Positions 24,731 through 38,897 of a stretch of 64,000 bases of DNA are shown here, piece after piece (positions within the stretch are counted from its first letter, which is position 1; every line of letters starts with the position of its first letter). The notes beneath the pieces are model-generated. The model worked only from the letters and a program-made list of their open reading frames with translations, was not told the DNA's origin and ran no database searches. The stretch comes from Octopus vulgaris. Lineage: Eukaryota. Made by a program: the position numbers and the translations under genes. The stretch is taken from assembly GCA_951406725.2 (NCBI GenBank), contig OX597831.1, positions 80,662,001 through 80,726,000 of the forward strand, written 5' to 3'.

Positions 24731-26470
24731 AATAATACTTTCTACTATAGACACAAGGCCTGGAATTTTTATGGAGAAGGAGTTAGTCAATTACATAGGT
24801 CCTAGTCCTTAACTAGTACTTATTTTATTGACCCCCACCTCCTAAAGGATGAAAGGCAAAGTCAACTTTGCCAGAATTTGAACTCAGAATGTAAAGGTGG
24901 ATGAAATGCCACTGAGCTTGTTGTGTAGCGTGCTAACAATTTGGCCAGCTCACTGCCCTTATAATGTTTTCTACTGTAAGCAAAAGGCCTGAAACTTTGG
25001 AAGAGGGGCTAGTGGTCCCTGGTGCTCAACTGATAGTTCTTTTTTTATCAACATTGAAAGGATGAAAGGCAAAGTCAACCTCAGTGGAAAGTCAACTCAG
25101 AATGTCAAGACCCTAAAGAAACACCTTGCTAACATTCCTGCCATGTTCGTCGCCTTAATAAATAATAATAATAATAATAATGATAATAGTAATAATAATA
25201 ATTTGTCTGTCCTTGTTTGTCCTCTCTGTGTTTAGCCCCTTGTGGGTAGTAAAGAAATAGGTATTTCATCTGTCTTTATGCTCTGAGTTCAAATTTCACC
25301 AAGGTCAACTTTGCTTTCCATCCTTTTGTGGGGTCAATAAATTAAGTACCAGTTGCGTACTGGAGTCGATCTCATTGACTGGCTCTCCTCCCCTAAAATT
25401 TCGGGCTTTGTGTCGCATGGGTGAAAGATGAGGGGCACAATATAGAGACTGACATAAAGTTATGGGGGTTTATATATAATAATGAAAAAAATGAAAGAAA
25501 GAAAGTATATAGGGTATACGCTGGAAAAAAAAGGGACATATTTATAGCATACAAAGATTGAAAAAAAAGGAAGTGGTGGGGGCGGATGATAGAGATGTGG
25601 CCCTCTGATACAGGAAGGCCTCTAGGAATAATCGAGGAACCCCACTGTCCAAGATTTCCCTGAATCCTTATGAGCAAGTGCCCTGTCAATCCTTTCTACA
25701 AGGTACAAGGCCTGAAATTTGGGGGAAGGGGACTAGTTGATTACATCGACCCCAGTGTTTCACTGGTACTTGTTTATCGACCCTGAAAGGATGAAAGGCA
25801 AAGCTAACCACAGTGGAATTTGAACTCAGTTTGTGGCAACAGATGAAAGAAATATCGTTCAGCATTTTGTCCAGCGTGCTAACGATTCTGCCAGCTCACC
25901 ATCTTAATTATGAGGATAATGAATAAGGATGATAATAATAATAATAACAGCAATAATAATAATAATAATAATGCTTTTTAATTTTGGCTTGTGCTTCTTT
26001 CAGTTTCTGTCTACCAAATCCACTCATAAGGATTTGGTTGGCTTGAGGCTATAGTAGAAGACACTTGCCCAAGGTGCCATGCAGTGGGACTGAACCCGGA
26101 ACCATGTGGTTGGGAAGCAAACTTCTTAACCACACATCCACATATACCTCAAAGACCAACAGGGTGACCAAAAAGCCACGTGTATGAAAGAGGCCAGCAG
26201 ATGCTTAAACCTCTGCAAATCCAATACTTTTAACAGAATTAGTTGACAGTCAGAGGGTAATCCAGATCAAAGTAGATTATTGACTTGGTAATAGTCTCTT
26301 TACACTCAACAAGATTTTGTCTTCATTTAATTATTGATTAATGATTGCATGATCTCTCATTAAGCAATATGTACTACATTCTCTCTCCTTCTCTCTCTCT
26401 CTCTGTTCATTTCTCTCTCTCTCTTTCTCTACTTTCTAGCTTACTCTATTTCTTCTGTCATTTTACTTTC

Positions 26471-26518
<48 letters not shown>

Positions 26519-27944
26519 TGTTCTGTGTCATCTTCTTCCTCTCTTAATCTCACATGAAGATTGTCCTATAAATTTACATTTTTAGCACATATGCATTGCA
26601 TGTGTTGAGTAATCCGTTCCAGGTCAAAACCTGGATGATCGGTGGAGATGGGATTAATTAATGAATGTAGAAACTGCTGTAAGCAATGCATCATCATCAT
26701 CATCATCGTTTAACGCCCATTTTCCATGCTGGCATGGGTTGGGCAGTTCGACCAGGGTCTGGGAAGCTAGGAGGCTGCACCAGGCCCCAATCTGATCTGG
26801 CAGTGTTTCTACAGCCCTTCCTGACGCCAACCACTCCGAGAGTGTAGTGGGTGCTTTTTACATGCCACCAGCACGGAAGCCAGTCAAAGCGGCACTGGCA
26901 TCGGCCATGTTTGGATGGTGCTTTTCACGTGCCACCAGCACGGGGATCACAACTACAATTTCCATTTGATTTGATATTGATATTGATGTTGAAATTGATG
27001 TACTTGACTCAATAGATCTCCTCAAGCACGGCATGTCACCCTATGATCCTTATATCTATCATCATCATTATCAATGTTTAATGTCCACCTTCCATGCTAG
27101 CATGGGTGGAATGGTTTCACAAGAGCCAGCTAGACTGAAGCCTGCACTAGACTTCTGCGACTGTTTTGGCAGGATTTTTACAGCTAAATGCCCTTCCAAA
27201 CACCAACCACTTTACAGTGTGGACTGGGTGCTTTTAAGTGGCACCTGCACTGACAGGGTCTCTAAGTACTTGCAAGACAACTGGTTCCACTGGATCACAA
27301 TGACCACCGACCGATACTTTCCTAAGTGACCATCAGATTACTGAATGTGGTTCCTTGTCAGATGCTTTCTCCAAATCAACATGATCATCATCATCATCAT
27401 TGTTTAATGTCTGTTTTCCATGCTGGCTTGGGTTGGACGGTTTGACTGAGGTCTGGAAAGCCAATGGGCTGCACTGGGCCCCAATCTGATCTGACAATGT
27501 TTCTACAGCTGGATGCCCTTCCTAATGCCAACCACTCCGAGAGTGTAGTGGGTGCTTTTTACGTGTCACCAGCACTGGGGCCAGTCAGGTAGCACTGACA
27601 TCAACCATGCTTGAATGGTGCTTTTTACATGTCATGTGGTTTAAAAGTCTTAAATAATGTTGATCCAGATTCACAATAACAGGAAAAGAAACAAAAATAA
27701 AAGCAAAAACAGCAAAAAAAAAAAAAGCAGGTTAGCCACACCTTATCTCCATGTTTTGGTCTCCGGTTTGCTCAGGTTGGAGGTGACCTGCAATAAAACA
27801 ACTGATTGTGAAAATATAAACTTTCTGCCCAGAAACATGAAATATTTTTCTTTGTTACTTTGTAACTTTTTAAATAGAAAAGAAAAATGTCTGTGTTTAT
27901 GTAACAGTGAACAAATCAATCTGGTTATTGTTTAGAGGAATAGA

Positions 27945-28026
27945 TCTGTCTGTCTGTCTGTTTCTCTCTCTCTATCTATCTATCTATCTATCTGTCTGTC
28001 TGTCTGTCTCTCTATCTATCTATCTA

Positions 28027-28059
<33 letters not shown>

Positions 28060-28066
28060 TTATCTA

Positions 28067-28101
<35 letters not shown>

Positions 28102-28130
28102 GTCTGTCTGTCTGTCTATCTATTTATCTA

Positions 28131-28165
<35 letters not shown>

Positions 28166-28194
28166 GTCTGTCTGTCTGTCTATCTATTTATCTA

Positions 28195-28229
<35 letters not shown>

Positions 28230-28260
28230 GCCTGTCTACCTATCTACCTATCTCTCTCTA
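27945..28260. repeat. (TCTG)/(TATC) compound microsatellite
   Basis: Direct reading. Confidence 0.95.
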
Positions 28261-28911
28261 TATTATAAATATATGTATATATTTATATATACTCACATAC
28301 ACACATCTGTGTATATGCGTGCATGAGTATACATGTATATGCGTGTGTGTGTGTCTGTGTAAAAACACAATGTTATATTTGTGCACATTTTGCTCTTTAA
28401 GTTGTCCTAAACATTGAGATGTGAGAGACTTGGCCAAAGCGCCACCGTTTCCTGTCTATTACACTTGCTGGAAGACAGGGTTATTAATATTGTGCCATCA
28501 GCCTGTCATTCTCTCCTCCACACCTCTGAACAATATGTAAATTGAATGATTGGAGACAAGGGGCCCACTGTTTCACACCTCTGTACACACACACAGAGTA
28601 TTACTAGTGGTGAACCACCGAGCAAAAGTATGAGCAATAAGGATATGAACAGATTCTCTGTTCTGCTTGTTTCAGTCATGTGACTGCAGCCATGCTGGAG
28701 CCTCACCTTCATGAATTTTTGTTTGAGCAAATCGACCCCAGCACTTGTTTTGTTTTGCTTTGTTGTTTTTTTTTTTTTTTTTACCTTGCTATTTACTCTG
28801 TTGGTCTCTTTTGCCAAGCAGCTAAGTTACAGGGATGTAAATGTGCCAACACCAGCTGTCAAGCAGTGGTGAAGAGCAAACACACACACACACATGCATG
28901 CAAAAATGCGT

Positions 28912-28943
<32 letters not shown>

Positions 28944-29654
28944 CAGGATTCTTTCAGTTTCCGTCTACCAAATCCACACACAAGGCCTAGATCAAACCCA
29001 GGCTATAGTAGAAGACACCTGGCTAAGATGTCACACAGTGGGACTGAACCTGGAACCATGTGGTTGGGAAGCAAACCTCTTACCACACAGTCTTCCCTCT
29101 GCCTACACAATGAATTTCTTTCATTTCTTCCACAAAGTCTACTTGCAAGGCATTGATTGGCCTGGGATTATAGTTAAAATTTCCCCCAAAGTGCCACACA
29201 CTGGGATTGAACTTGGAACTGCATGGTTGAGAGGCAAAGTACATAACCACACAGCCACACCTGGCCAATACAACAGTTCTTTGTAGAAGCAGCTCCTAAT
29301 ACCTGTACCAGTCATTGTGCCTAGTTTTTCCTTCCCAGAACATCAATCCTTTACAATTCATGTTAACAAAACCCATGGGCACTGCCTCTTCCTCCTGACC
29401 CAACAGATTAAAAAAAAAGAAAAAGGGAACCCTGATTTTATCAACTTCACCCTTACTTATACTGAGATGGATAAAACAGGTATGAGTACCAGTAATAAAC
29501 TGAGTTTATACAACTTAATATACACTTCCTCTTACAATAAACATAAACACCCCACTACTTCCCATTTCCCTTACCGTTAAATCTGTTGAAAGCTGGAGGA
29601 CTTTATGCTGTTTTTCAAGGTTCTAAGTCTGATAAGCTCTTGTAATTCTAGACA

Positions 29655-30030
29655 TCGTGGCACTCCGTCGGTTGCGACGACGAGGGTTCCAGTTGATCTG
29701 GCCAACAGAACAGCCTGCTCGTGAAATTAGCGTGCAAGTGGCTGAGCACTCCACAGACACGTGTACACTTAACGTAGTCCTCGGAGAGATTCAGTGTTAC
29801 ACAGAGTGTGACAAAGCTGGCCTTTTTGAAATACAGGTACAACAAAAACAGGAAGAAAGAGTGAAAGTTGTGGTGAAAGGGTACAGCAGGGTTCACCTCA
29901 CCCCCTGCTGGATCCTCATGGAGCTTTAGGCATTTTTGCTCAATAAACACAATGCCTGGTTTAGGAATCGAAACTGCAATCCCATGACCACAAGTCCGCT
30001 GCCCTAACCACTGGGCCATTGCGCCTCCAC
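29655..30030 (-). mobile_element. SINE family D
   Basis: Reverse complement of 1022-1410; head GGAGGCGCAATGGCCCAGTGGTTAGGGC. Confidence 0.88.
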
Positions 30031-30119
30031 AACTCTAAATTTAGTCTTAAATCAAATACATTAGATCAATTTGATGTTCACCCTTCTTTGGGTATTCTTT
30101 AATTGGTTTTGTTTATTTT

Positions 30120-30538
30120 TTTACTCTTTTAGTTGTTTCAGTTATTTGACTAAAGCAGCACCTTTAGTCAAGCAAATCGACTCTAGGACTTATTATTTGT
30201 AAGCCTAGTACTTATTCTATCGGTCTCTTTTGCCGAACTGCCAAGTGAAGGGGACGTAAACACAGCAGCATTGGTTGTCAAGCGATGTGGGGGGAGGGGG
30301 GGCAAATACACACACGCACACGCACACACACACACACACACACACAAACATATACACTCATATATACATATTCATATATACGACGGGCTTCTTTCAGTTT
30401 CCGTCTACTAAATCCACTCACAAGGCTTTGGTCGACCCAAGGCTATAGTAGAAGACACTTGCTCAAGGTGCCACGCAGTGGGACTGAACCCGGAACCATG
30501 TGGTTGGTAAAGAAGCTACTTACCACACAGCCACTCCT
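30120..30538 (-). mobile_element. SINE family A, full length
   Basis: Complete head, internal (TA/TG)n and tail. Confidence 0.88.
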
Positions 30539-31539
30539 ACGGTTTTATTTATTTTTTTACTGGATGTTTTGTATTTTCTAATTTATATTTGCTTTTTGTT
30601 ATTTTTGCCAGCCGTTTTAAAGCATATTAATCCATTAGTTAATCTATGTCACCAGAACATTCGAAGGGTGTCAAGTGTTTTTCTTTTTTTCTTTCCTGTA
30701 TTGATTTCCAGCACTTACCTGTATCGAAACGTGTCAAATGTTACATTTACAGACTTGAAAATGCTTATGCATATTTAAGGGTATCAAATGCTATGATGTA
30801 TTGATTTGTGTGTTAGGTACTCCAGCTATACTAAATGTGTTAAGGGGGGGGGGATGCTTGCAGTCTGTGGAACAACACAAATGATGATGACAGCAAAAGC
30901 ACAACAAAAGAGAAGCCTAATTTTGGTTTCTTGATAACCACAAGGTCACAGGTGTGTACAAGAACAACAACAGTTTGAGTGAATCAATCCTTCTTGTGTG
31001 AAAAGTGCATAGGTGTGACAGTCCAGTTCTGGCCACTACTTGTTTCTTTCCGGTTTTTTTACCTTGCTATTTACTCTGTTGGTCTCTTTGCCAAACAGGT
31101 AAGATACACCAACGCCAGCTGTGAAGCAGTGGGGAAATGCAAAAAAGCACACGCACGCACAGAGGATTCTTTCAGTTTCTTATTTCTTTACTGCCCACAA
31201 GGGGCTAAATACAGAGGGGACAAACCAGGACAGTCAAACAGATTAAGTCAATTATATTGACCCAATGCATAACTGATACTTATTTAATCAACCCCGAAAG
31301 GATGAAAGGCAAAGTTGACCTCAGCGGAATTTGAACTCAGAACCTAGCGACAGACGAAATACCACTGAGCATTTCGCCTGGTGTGCTAACGTTTCTGTCA
31401 ACTTGCTGCTTTCTACCAAAACAACTCATCCTGAGGAACAAAACTCAAAAGATGTGAGGTTCTCTTATAATATTTGATTCCAGAATATAGAAAAATATAA
31501 AATTAACCCTGAGAGCCATTTTAGCCAAAACCTCTACAC

Positions 31540-31817
31540 CAGCGGTTTCCAAACTTTTTCAGGTTGCCGCCCTTTTGGCACCCAGCCAGATTCCCTAGCA
31601 CCCCCTCTTCCTACCCACCACAAATACAGGCCACTTTCTGCAGCAGATTAAAAAAAAAACTGTATTTCACAAATAAAACTTAAACTTAACTTATTAATGT
31701 ATATTTTTTTACATCTCTAGTCCCATTTTGGCCACCCCATTATCATCCCACTTTTCTTCAACCTGGATCTTTCCACTGCCCCCGAGAGGGCAGTACTACC
31801 CACTTTCAGAACCATTG
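31540..31817. mobile_element. hAT (Charlie-like) MITE
   Basis: Perfect 8-bp TSD CTCTACAC at 31532-31539 and 31818-31825; termini CAGCGGTTTCCAAA / TTTCAGAACCATTG. Confidence 0.88.
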
Positions 31818-32069
31818 CTCTACACTATTAACCTTTTAGCATTTAAACTGGCCATATCTGGCTAAAATGTTCCTGTTTTATGTTCAAGGTGGCCAGATCT
31901 GGCCTCTCTCATATATTATGTGAGCAACAAGCTGGCCTTCGTGCCGATGGCACGTTAAGCACACCATTCGAGCGTGATCGTTACTGCGTTGCCTTACTGG
32001 CACTTGTGCTGGTGGCACATTAAACATTCGAGCGAGGTCGTCGCCAGTGCTGCTGGACTGGCTCCTGTG

Positions 32070-32139
32070 CTAACGCACTGATTGTGGTTCAGGAGACTCC
32101 AGGTTCAATTCCTGGAGAGTGCAAATTAGTTTTTTTTTT
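32070..32139 (+). pseudogene. Truncated, degenerate tRNA (Arg-like body), 3' two-thirds plus T-run
   Basis: CTGA-TTGTGGT-TCAG anticodon arm, CCAGG-TTCAATT-CCTGG T arm, then oligo-T; 5' end replaced by family C sequence. Confidence 0.5.
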
Positions 32140-32596
32140 CTGTTTAAGACTGTGATCTGACAGAATTGTTAGCACTACCGACAAAATGCTGAGCAGCTGT
32201 TCATTCATCTTTATGTTCTGAGTTCAAATCCCACTGAGGTCACCTTTGCCTTTCACCATTTCATCATCATCATCATCATCACCATCATCAACAACATTTA
32301 GCATCTGCTTTCCATGCTGGCATGGGTTAGACTGTTCGATTGGAACTGGTAAGTCAGAGAGCTGCACCAGGCGCCAGTCATCTGTTTTGACTGGGTCTCC
32401 ATGGCTGGATGCCCTTCCTAATGCCAGCCACTCTATAGGTTGTACTGAGTGCCTTTCACATGTCACCAGCATGCCTCTTCAGGATTGATAAAATAAAGTA
32501 CCAGTCATGTACTGAGAGGGGGGGTCAGTGATATCAACTAGTCCTCAGAATTGCTGGCCTTATGCCAAAAATTTGAAATAATTATCAATATGATTA

Positions 32597-33018
32597 TTGA
32601 GTGAGAGAGCAGTGCATGCCATCAAAGTGACACTGGGGTAAAATATACGAAGCCCAGTATACCCATCTTGACTACCTGTCTGAATTTTCTTTAGAATTTT
32701 CTTTAGGTTGAGATGACCATCCCGCTCAAAAGGTCCCTGAATAAGGGTTGTTTAAGGATGTTGAACAAAACACCAGAGGTGAATTATTCAAATCCCAAAG
32801 AATTCCTCTCAACACATGGCTATGATGCTCCCCCACTACTTCTGCTTGGTATCAGAGATGCACATATCGTCAGCCACTAAGGGACATGCTCAACTGGTTA
32901 AGGTCAAACAACTGACAAGCAAATCTGTGATATTGAGCAGAATATTTGCTGTGGCCCATCTTTTATACCAAGACAAAACTATGTACATGATAACACTTCC
33001 TGGTACTGCATCAGGACA

Positions 33019-33064
<46 letters not shown>

Positions 33065-33530
33065 GAGTGAGAGAGCAGTGCATGCCATCAAAGTGACACT
33101 GGGGTAAAATATACGAAGCCCAGTATACCCATCATGACTACTCGTCTCATAAGGGTACACTAGGCACATGCATCACAACCATATGTGCGTGACAGGGTGA
33201 TCTCATATCAAGATAAACAGCACATGACCTTGCAGGTGGGGCCCAGTTAGAATTTTCTTCAGGTCGAGTAACCCATCCAGCTCAAAAGGTCCCTGAATGA
33301 GGGTTGTTTAAGGATGTTGAATGAAACACCCATGTTTCCAAACGGGAATTATCCAAACCCTGAAGATTCCCTCTCAATAAATGGCTATGATGCTCCCCCA
33401 CTACTTCTGCTTGGTATCAGAGATGCACATATCGTCAGCCACTAAGGGACATGCTCAACTGGTTAAGGTCAAACAACTGACAAGCAAATCTGTGGTATTG
33501 AGCAGAATATTTGCTGTGGCCCATCTTTTA
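32597..33530. repeat. Tandem pair of interspersed repeat H in (ATT)n
   Basis: TGAGTGAGAGAGCAGTGCATGCCATCAAAGTGACACTGGGG starts at about 32598 and 33065; third copy at 53375-53800. Confidence 0.85.
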
Positions 33531-33544
33531 TTATTATTATTGAA

Positions 33545-34420
33545 GATGGTGAACTGGCAGAATTGTTAGCATGCCAGGCAAGATGCTTAGCGGTATTTTG
33601 TCTGTCCTTAGGTTCAAATTCCGCCAAGGTTGACTTTGTCTTTCATTCTTTCAGGGTCGCTAAATTAAGTACCAGTGAAACACTCGAGTTGATGTAATCA
33701 ACTAATCTCCCCCCACTACCAAATTTTAGACCTTGAAAGGGTTATTATTATTATTATTATTAAGGCGGTGAGCTGGCAGAATCATTAGCATATCCAGTAA
33801 AATGCTTGGCAAAATTTAGTCCATTTTTGTGTTCAGTGTTCAAATTCCATTAAGGTCAGCTTTGCATGTCATCCTTCTGGGGTTCCTGAAATAAGTGCCA
33901 GTCGAGTACTGTGTTGGTATAATCGACCAGTTCCCTTCCACCAAATTTCAGGTTTTGTGTCTGTAGTAGAAGGGATTATTAATAATGTTATTATTTTTAT
34001 GTTAAGGCAGCAAACTGGCAGAAACGTTAGCACGCTGGGCAAAATGCTTAGCGGTATTTCGTCTGCTGCTACATTCTGAGTTCAAATTCTGTCGAGGTCG
34101 ACTTTGCCTTTCATCCTTTCAGGGTCAATTAAATAAGTACCAGTTATGCACTGGGGTCGATATAATCGACTTAATCCCTTTGTCTGTCCTTGTTTGTCTT
34201 CTTTGTGTTTAGCCTCTTGTGGGTAGTAAAGAAATAGGTATTTCGTCTGCAGCTATGTTCTGAGTTCAATTTTCGCCGAGGTCAACTTTGCCTTTCATCC
34301 TTTCAGGGTCGATTAAATAAGTGCCAGTTACACACTGGGGTTGATATAATCGACTTAATCTGTTTGTCTGTCCTTGTTTGTCCACTCTGTGTTTAGCCCC
34401 TTGTGGGTAGTAAAGAGATA
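33545..34420 (+). mobile_element. Head-to-tail cluster of SINE B copies
   Basis: Four core units separated by (ATT)n or joined directly. Confidence 0.85.
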
Positions 34421-36074
34421 GGTAGTGCACCAGACTAGATACCTTACAGTATTTAATTTCATCTTTCTGTATGTTCTGAAGCTAAAATCTTGCTGTTGTT
34501 GTCCACTTTGGCTTTCAACCCTCTGAGTGCAATAATAAGTACCAGTAATACACAAGGGGGGTTATTCAATTGGCTATACTCATCTTGCCCATTTCAAATT
34601 TATAACATTGTGTTGGTAAAAGAAACTGGTTCCAATATTGTTGTTTTCTTTATTTTTCTAGGGTCAGCTGACTTGAAAGTATTTCTAAGGAGTTAAAAAA
34701 GACAATTTGCCTCTAACCTGTGGTGTGCCATAAGGTATGTAACTGTTTTTGTTTCTGTTCTTGAGTGGAGTTACTGTATTCCAAATGGCCTCTAAACATC
34801 CTCTGGTTATAAAGATGATGATGTGATGGCTTAAATGATGCATTAGTTAATGAACAATTGACTGGAAGACACCATTGTGAAGTTTGATATAAAAAATAGA
34901 CATACAGGCATGGTTGTGTGGTTAAGTAGCTCGTTTTGCACCCATGTGGTTTCAGGTTCAGTCCCACTGTGCAGTACCTTGGGCAAGTGATTTCTGCTAT
35001 AGCTTTAGGTTGACCAATGCCTTGCGAATGAATTTGTTCGACAGAAATTGTGTGAAAGCTCATTGTATGATATGTATATATGCATCGCATTGCCTCACTA
35101 GCACTTGTACTGGTGGCACATGAAACATTCGAGCGAGGTCGTTGCCAGTGCCACTGGACTGGCACATAAAAAGCACCGTTTGGGTGTGGCCGTTGCCAGT
35201 ACCAAGCTGGCCCTCATGCCGGTGGCACGTAAAAAGCACCCACTACACTCTCGGAGTGGTTGGCATTAGGAAGGGCATCCAGCTGTAGAATCTCTGCCAG
35301 ATGAGATTGGAGTCTGGTTCACCAGAATTCAGTCAAATCGTCCAACCCATGCCAGCATGGAAAGCGGACGTTAAATGATGATGATGTGTGTGAGCAGAGC
35401 TGGTAGATGGCAACTGAAAGTAATCTGTCGTGTGTGTATGTGTGAGCGTGTATGTGTGTGTGTGCATGTGTGATATCATGCAGTGGCTGTAAAAGAGTAT
35501 CACCATCATATAAGTGATGATGTTTGTTTCCAGCCATTCATGGGAAAAAAACTTGTCTAACCATGGTGGGGGGGATCTTACCTTGCTTATAAACCGGTGA
35601 GAGTTGGTGACAGGAAGGGCATCCAGCTGTTGAAAAATCTGCCTTAACAGATTGCGTCTGCCCCATGCAATCTCCCTGTAAATGGATGCTAAATGATGAC
35701 GAGAAACTGTATGGTGTCTTATGTGATTTTCTTCTCATACTAATTGTCAAATCTACACCAGAAGGTTATTAATTAAATCTAGATATTAGATAATTATTGA
35801 TCCTCTATCTTCTTTGCTGGGTTTTTTTGCACAGCAACCAACAAACTAATCCTGAACAATTTTAGAGTAAGCTTTTGAAATGATTTCACACACAGAACTT
35901 AATTAATTCTTGTCAAACGGTTGTATTAATTAATCAACTAATTGATTAGTTACGATGAGGTCAGATCTCAGGCTTACACTTTGGTGGATATATCATAAAG
36001 TTGAGTGGCAACATGCTGTATGGCAGACCTATCCAACCCTCACGTGCATGGAAATATGGACATTTTAAAACTAT

Positions 36075-37040
36075 AGTGGTGGTGGTGGTGGTGGTGGGTG
36101 TTAGATTCAGTCGTTGGTGTTGTAGTGGTGGTGGTGGTGGTAGTGGTAGTTGTGGATATAGTGATGATGGTAGTGGTGGTGGTGGCGGCAGCGGCGGTGG
36201 GTATGGTGCTGATTGTGATAGTGGTGGTGATGGCAATGGTAGTGGTTGTGTCAACTGTGTGTGGTAATGGTGCTGGTAGTGGTGAATAGGATGATGATGA
36301 TGATGATGATGATAGTAATGGTGGTGGTATGAGTGGCAATGGTAGTCATTTAAGGAATGATGATAATGGTATTGATGGTTGTTGATGGTAGTGGTGCTGG
36401 AGAAAATGGTGATCAGGATGATGGCCATGGTAGGGATGATGGTTGTAGTATAGATGTGGTTGTTATGATGGTGGAGGTGGCTGTAGCAATGATGATGATG
36501 ACAACTACAATGATGGGTGATGAGTGATGATGTTGAGTGATGATGATTGGTGGCATTGATGATTATGCTAATGACTGATGGTGGTGATGGTGGTGGTGAG
36601 ATAATGGTTATAATACTAATAGTGGAACTGGTGGTGGAGGAGGGGGGTCATGATGTTAATGACAGCCGCAGGGGCGGTGGCAGTAGTGATCGCAGTGGTG
36701 GGGTTGGTGGTGGTGGTGGTGTGATGTGATGGTGGTGGTGGTGGTGGTGGTACAGTGTGTGTGGGGTGGGGGTCACATAATGGTGAAATGGTGGTGGAGG
36801 AGGCAGGTCATGGTCCTAATGTTTGTAATTGTGATGGCGGTGGGGATGTTGGTGGTATAGCAATGATTGTGATGCTGTTGGTGGTGGTGGTGGTGGTGGT
36901 AGCAGTGGTGTTGGTGGGAATGGAGGTGGTATGGTGCTGACAGTAATGGTATTGCTGCTGTTGTTGTTGTTGTTGCTCTTATTCAACTATGATGAACATT
37001 GTGAAAATGATGATGATGATGATGATGACAATCATGGTGG
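36075..37040. repeat. (GGT/GAT)n low-complexity region
   Basis: Direct reading. Confidence 0.9.
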
Positions 37041-37437
37041 CATCATATGTAATTAGGTTTCCTTATCTAATCAATCATCTCGGTTTATTTGGTTCACTTG
37101 TCTTGGAATTGTCTTTTGTCTCCCTCATTCTTCGCAATACTGTCTCTCATTCTCTGTGATTCTGGCATTCCTCTTCACCCTTTGATTGAGTAGATGCTTA
37201 ACCAATACAGTTCCAATCCCCCAGTACTTATATCAATGTTTCTATGCATTTACATGCATTTATGATATATAAATGTATATGTGTATATATATATATATAT
37301 ACACATATTTTTAATTTTCTCCTGGTTTACGGAATTGATGTTATTTTGCGGTTGAAGCTTTTGGCTGTTATTTCTAGTGGGTGAATGGCCTATTATGGCC
37401 GTTCCTTGATTGTGATATATATATATATGTATATATA

Positions 37438-37665
37438 ATACAAATAAGAAAATGGAGAAACAAATTTGGTTTGTTCATCAACTTTTGAATATTAGAATGT
37501 TGGATTATTAATTAATTCATTTAGCAAAATGAAAACCTTAATAGCATACATATATATCTTATAATTCAATACATATAAGGTAAGAATACAAATTATAAAA
37601 ATCCTAATAAATTATTGAAATCATTAAAATCACTCCTTACAGCTGTTTCAGCCTATGGTTAAAAT
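37438..37665 (-). repeat. (TA)n-anchored repeat with hammerhead 3' half
   Basis: First 60 nt match 61613-61674; minus strand GAAACAGCTGTAAGG matches 59092-59105. Confidence 0.6.
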
Positions 37666-38253
37666 TAGTTATGTATATATATGTATATATATATGTGTGT
37701 GTGTGTGTGTGGGTGTGTAAATGTATGTATACACACATCCACATAAACACATACATATTTATGAGAAATGTTAATGTCTGTGTTTGCGTTCAGTTATAAT
37801 GAAATAATTTTAGATTAATCTGATGGGTTGCTCTATACTTTTGTCGAGTACAAATTTGTTATTCTTAAATAATGTTATTGACATAAGTCCAATGATGGCT
37901 TACGTGGCCACAGCTTTGAAGTTAATGATTTTCTTGTTTAAGAATAACATATTTATGATTTCCTTGCCAGTGCCACTGGACTGGCTCCCATGCAGGTAGC
38001 ATGTAAAAACACCTTTTGAGCATGGTCGTTGCCAGAACCACCTGACTGGCCCTCATGCCAGTGGCACATACAAGCATCCACTACACTCTCGGAGTGGTGT
38101 TGGTCTTAGGAAGGGCATCCAGCTGTAGAAACTTTGCCAGATCAGATTGGAGCCTGGTGCAGCCTCTGGCTCACCAGTCCTCAGTCAAACCATCCAACAC
38201 ATGCCAGCATGGAAAGCGGACGTTAAACAATGATGATGAGATATATGTATGTA

Positions 38254-38897
38254 TGTAGCAGGCTGAATGTGATGTGCCACATCACGTTGATATGATGTAG
38301 CCCAATACCAAATGTAGCGTGTAAATGTAACACTTAAATGTTCTTGCGGAGGAGTAACCAGTGGACATCGAAGAATTGGCACCAAGAAGGAAGAAATATT
38401 ATTTGTTTGTTTGCCTGACAGATAATTAAAGAGACAGTAGAAATTCTAGTGATCGTGACAACAAGGTTGATAATGTAGAAAATGATTGTCTGTCAGTAGA
38501 GAGTGAAAGAATAAGGAGCGCACGGTGCTAACTAGAAAGGAAGAAAGCATAAAGGTGGCATCACCTTTCTTGTGGCCGAAAGCCCCTTCGCATGTTGAGC
38601 GAAGGGAAGTGCAGCTCTTGGTCATGGCTGATGCAAAAGAGAGTGTTGCTCCTTTGTCATAGCTGACACAAAACAGAGAGAGAGATGGAAAATGCTGTGT
38701 TTTATAAACTATGGTCAGTAATGTAGGTCAAACCTAAACAAAGGACTGACCTTTCCTTGACCAGCACAGGTCCTTGGGGGGTCGAGTATTTCCCCATCAA
38801 TCTTCTGGTGTGGAGATGCTTTCCTGCTTGTTTTGACAAGCAACAAGTGGGTAGATTTGGTTTCAAATCTCAGACAGGGCAAAGCGAGGTCCCTACA
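38254..38897. mobile_element. Probable solo LTR
   Basis: Complex 644-bp block with TGTAG...CTACA inverted termini inside a TATG/TACA microsatellite; flanks TGTA and TATA. Confidence 0.55.

Noticed and set aside
32816-33569. Duplicated small ORF MAMMLPHYF.. as a gene pair
   Set aside because: Lies in interspersed repeat H, runs into (ATT)n, and is disrupted in the third copy.
35961-36940. His/Pro/Gly-rich ORFs resembling transcription-factor low-complexity regions
   Set aside because: Degenerate trinucleotide tracts with no domain or convincing splice structure; the same applies to 15648-16313.
38555-38630. Possible HDV-like ribozyme inside the solo LTR
   Set aside because: A hairpin is present, but the nested double pseudoknot could not be assembled.
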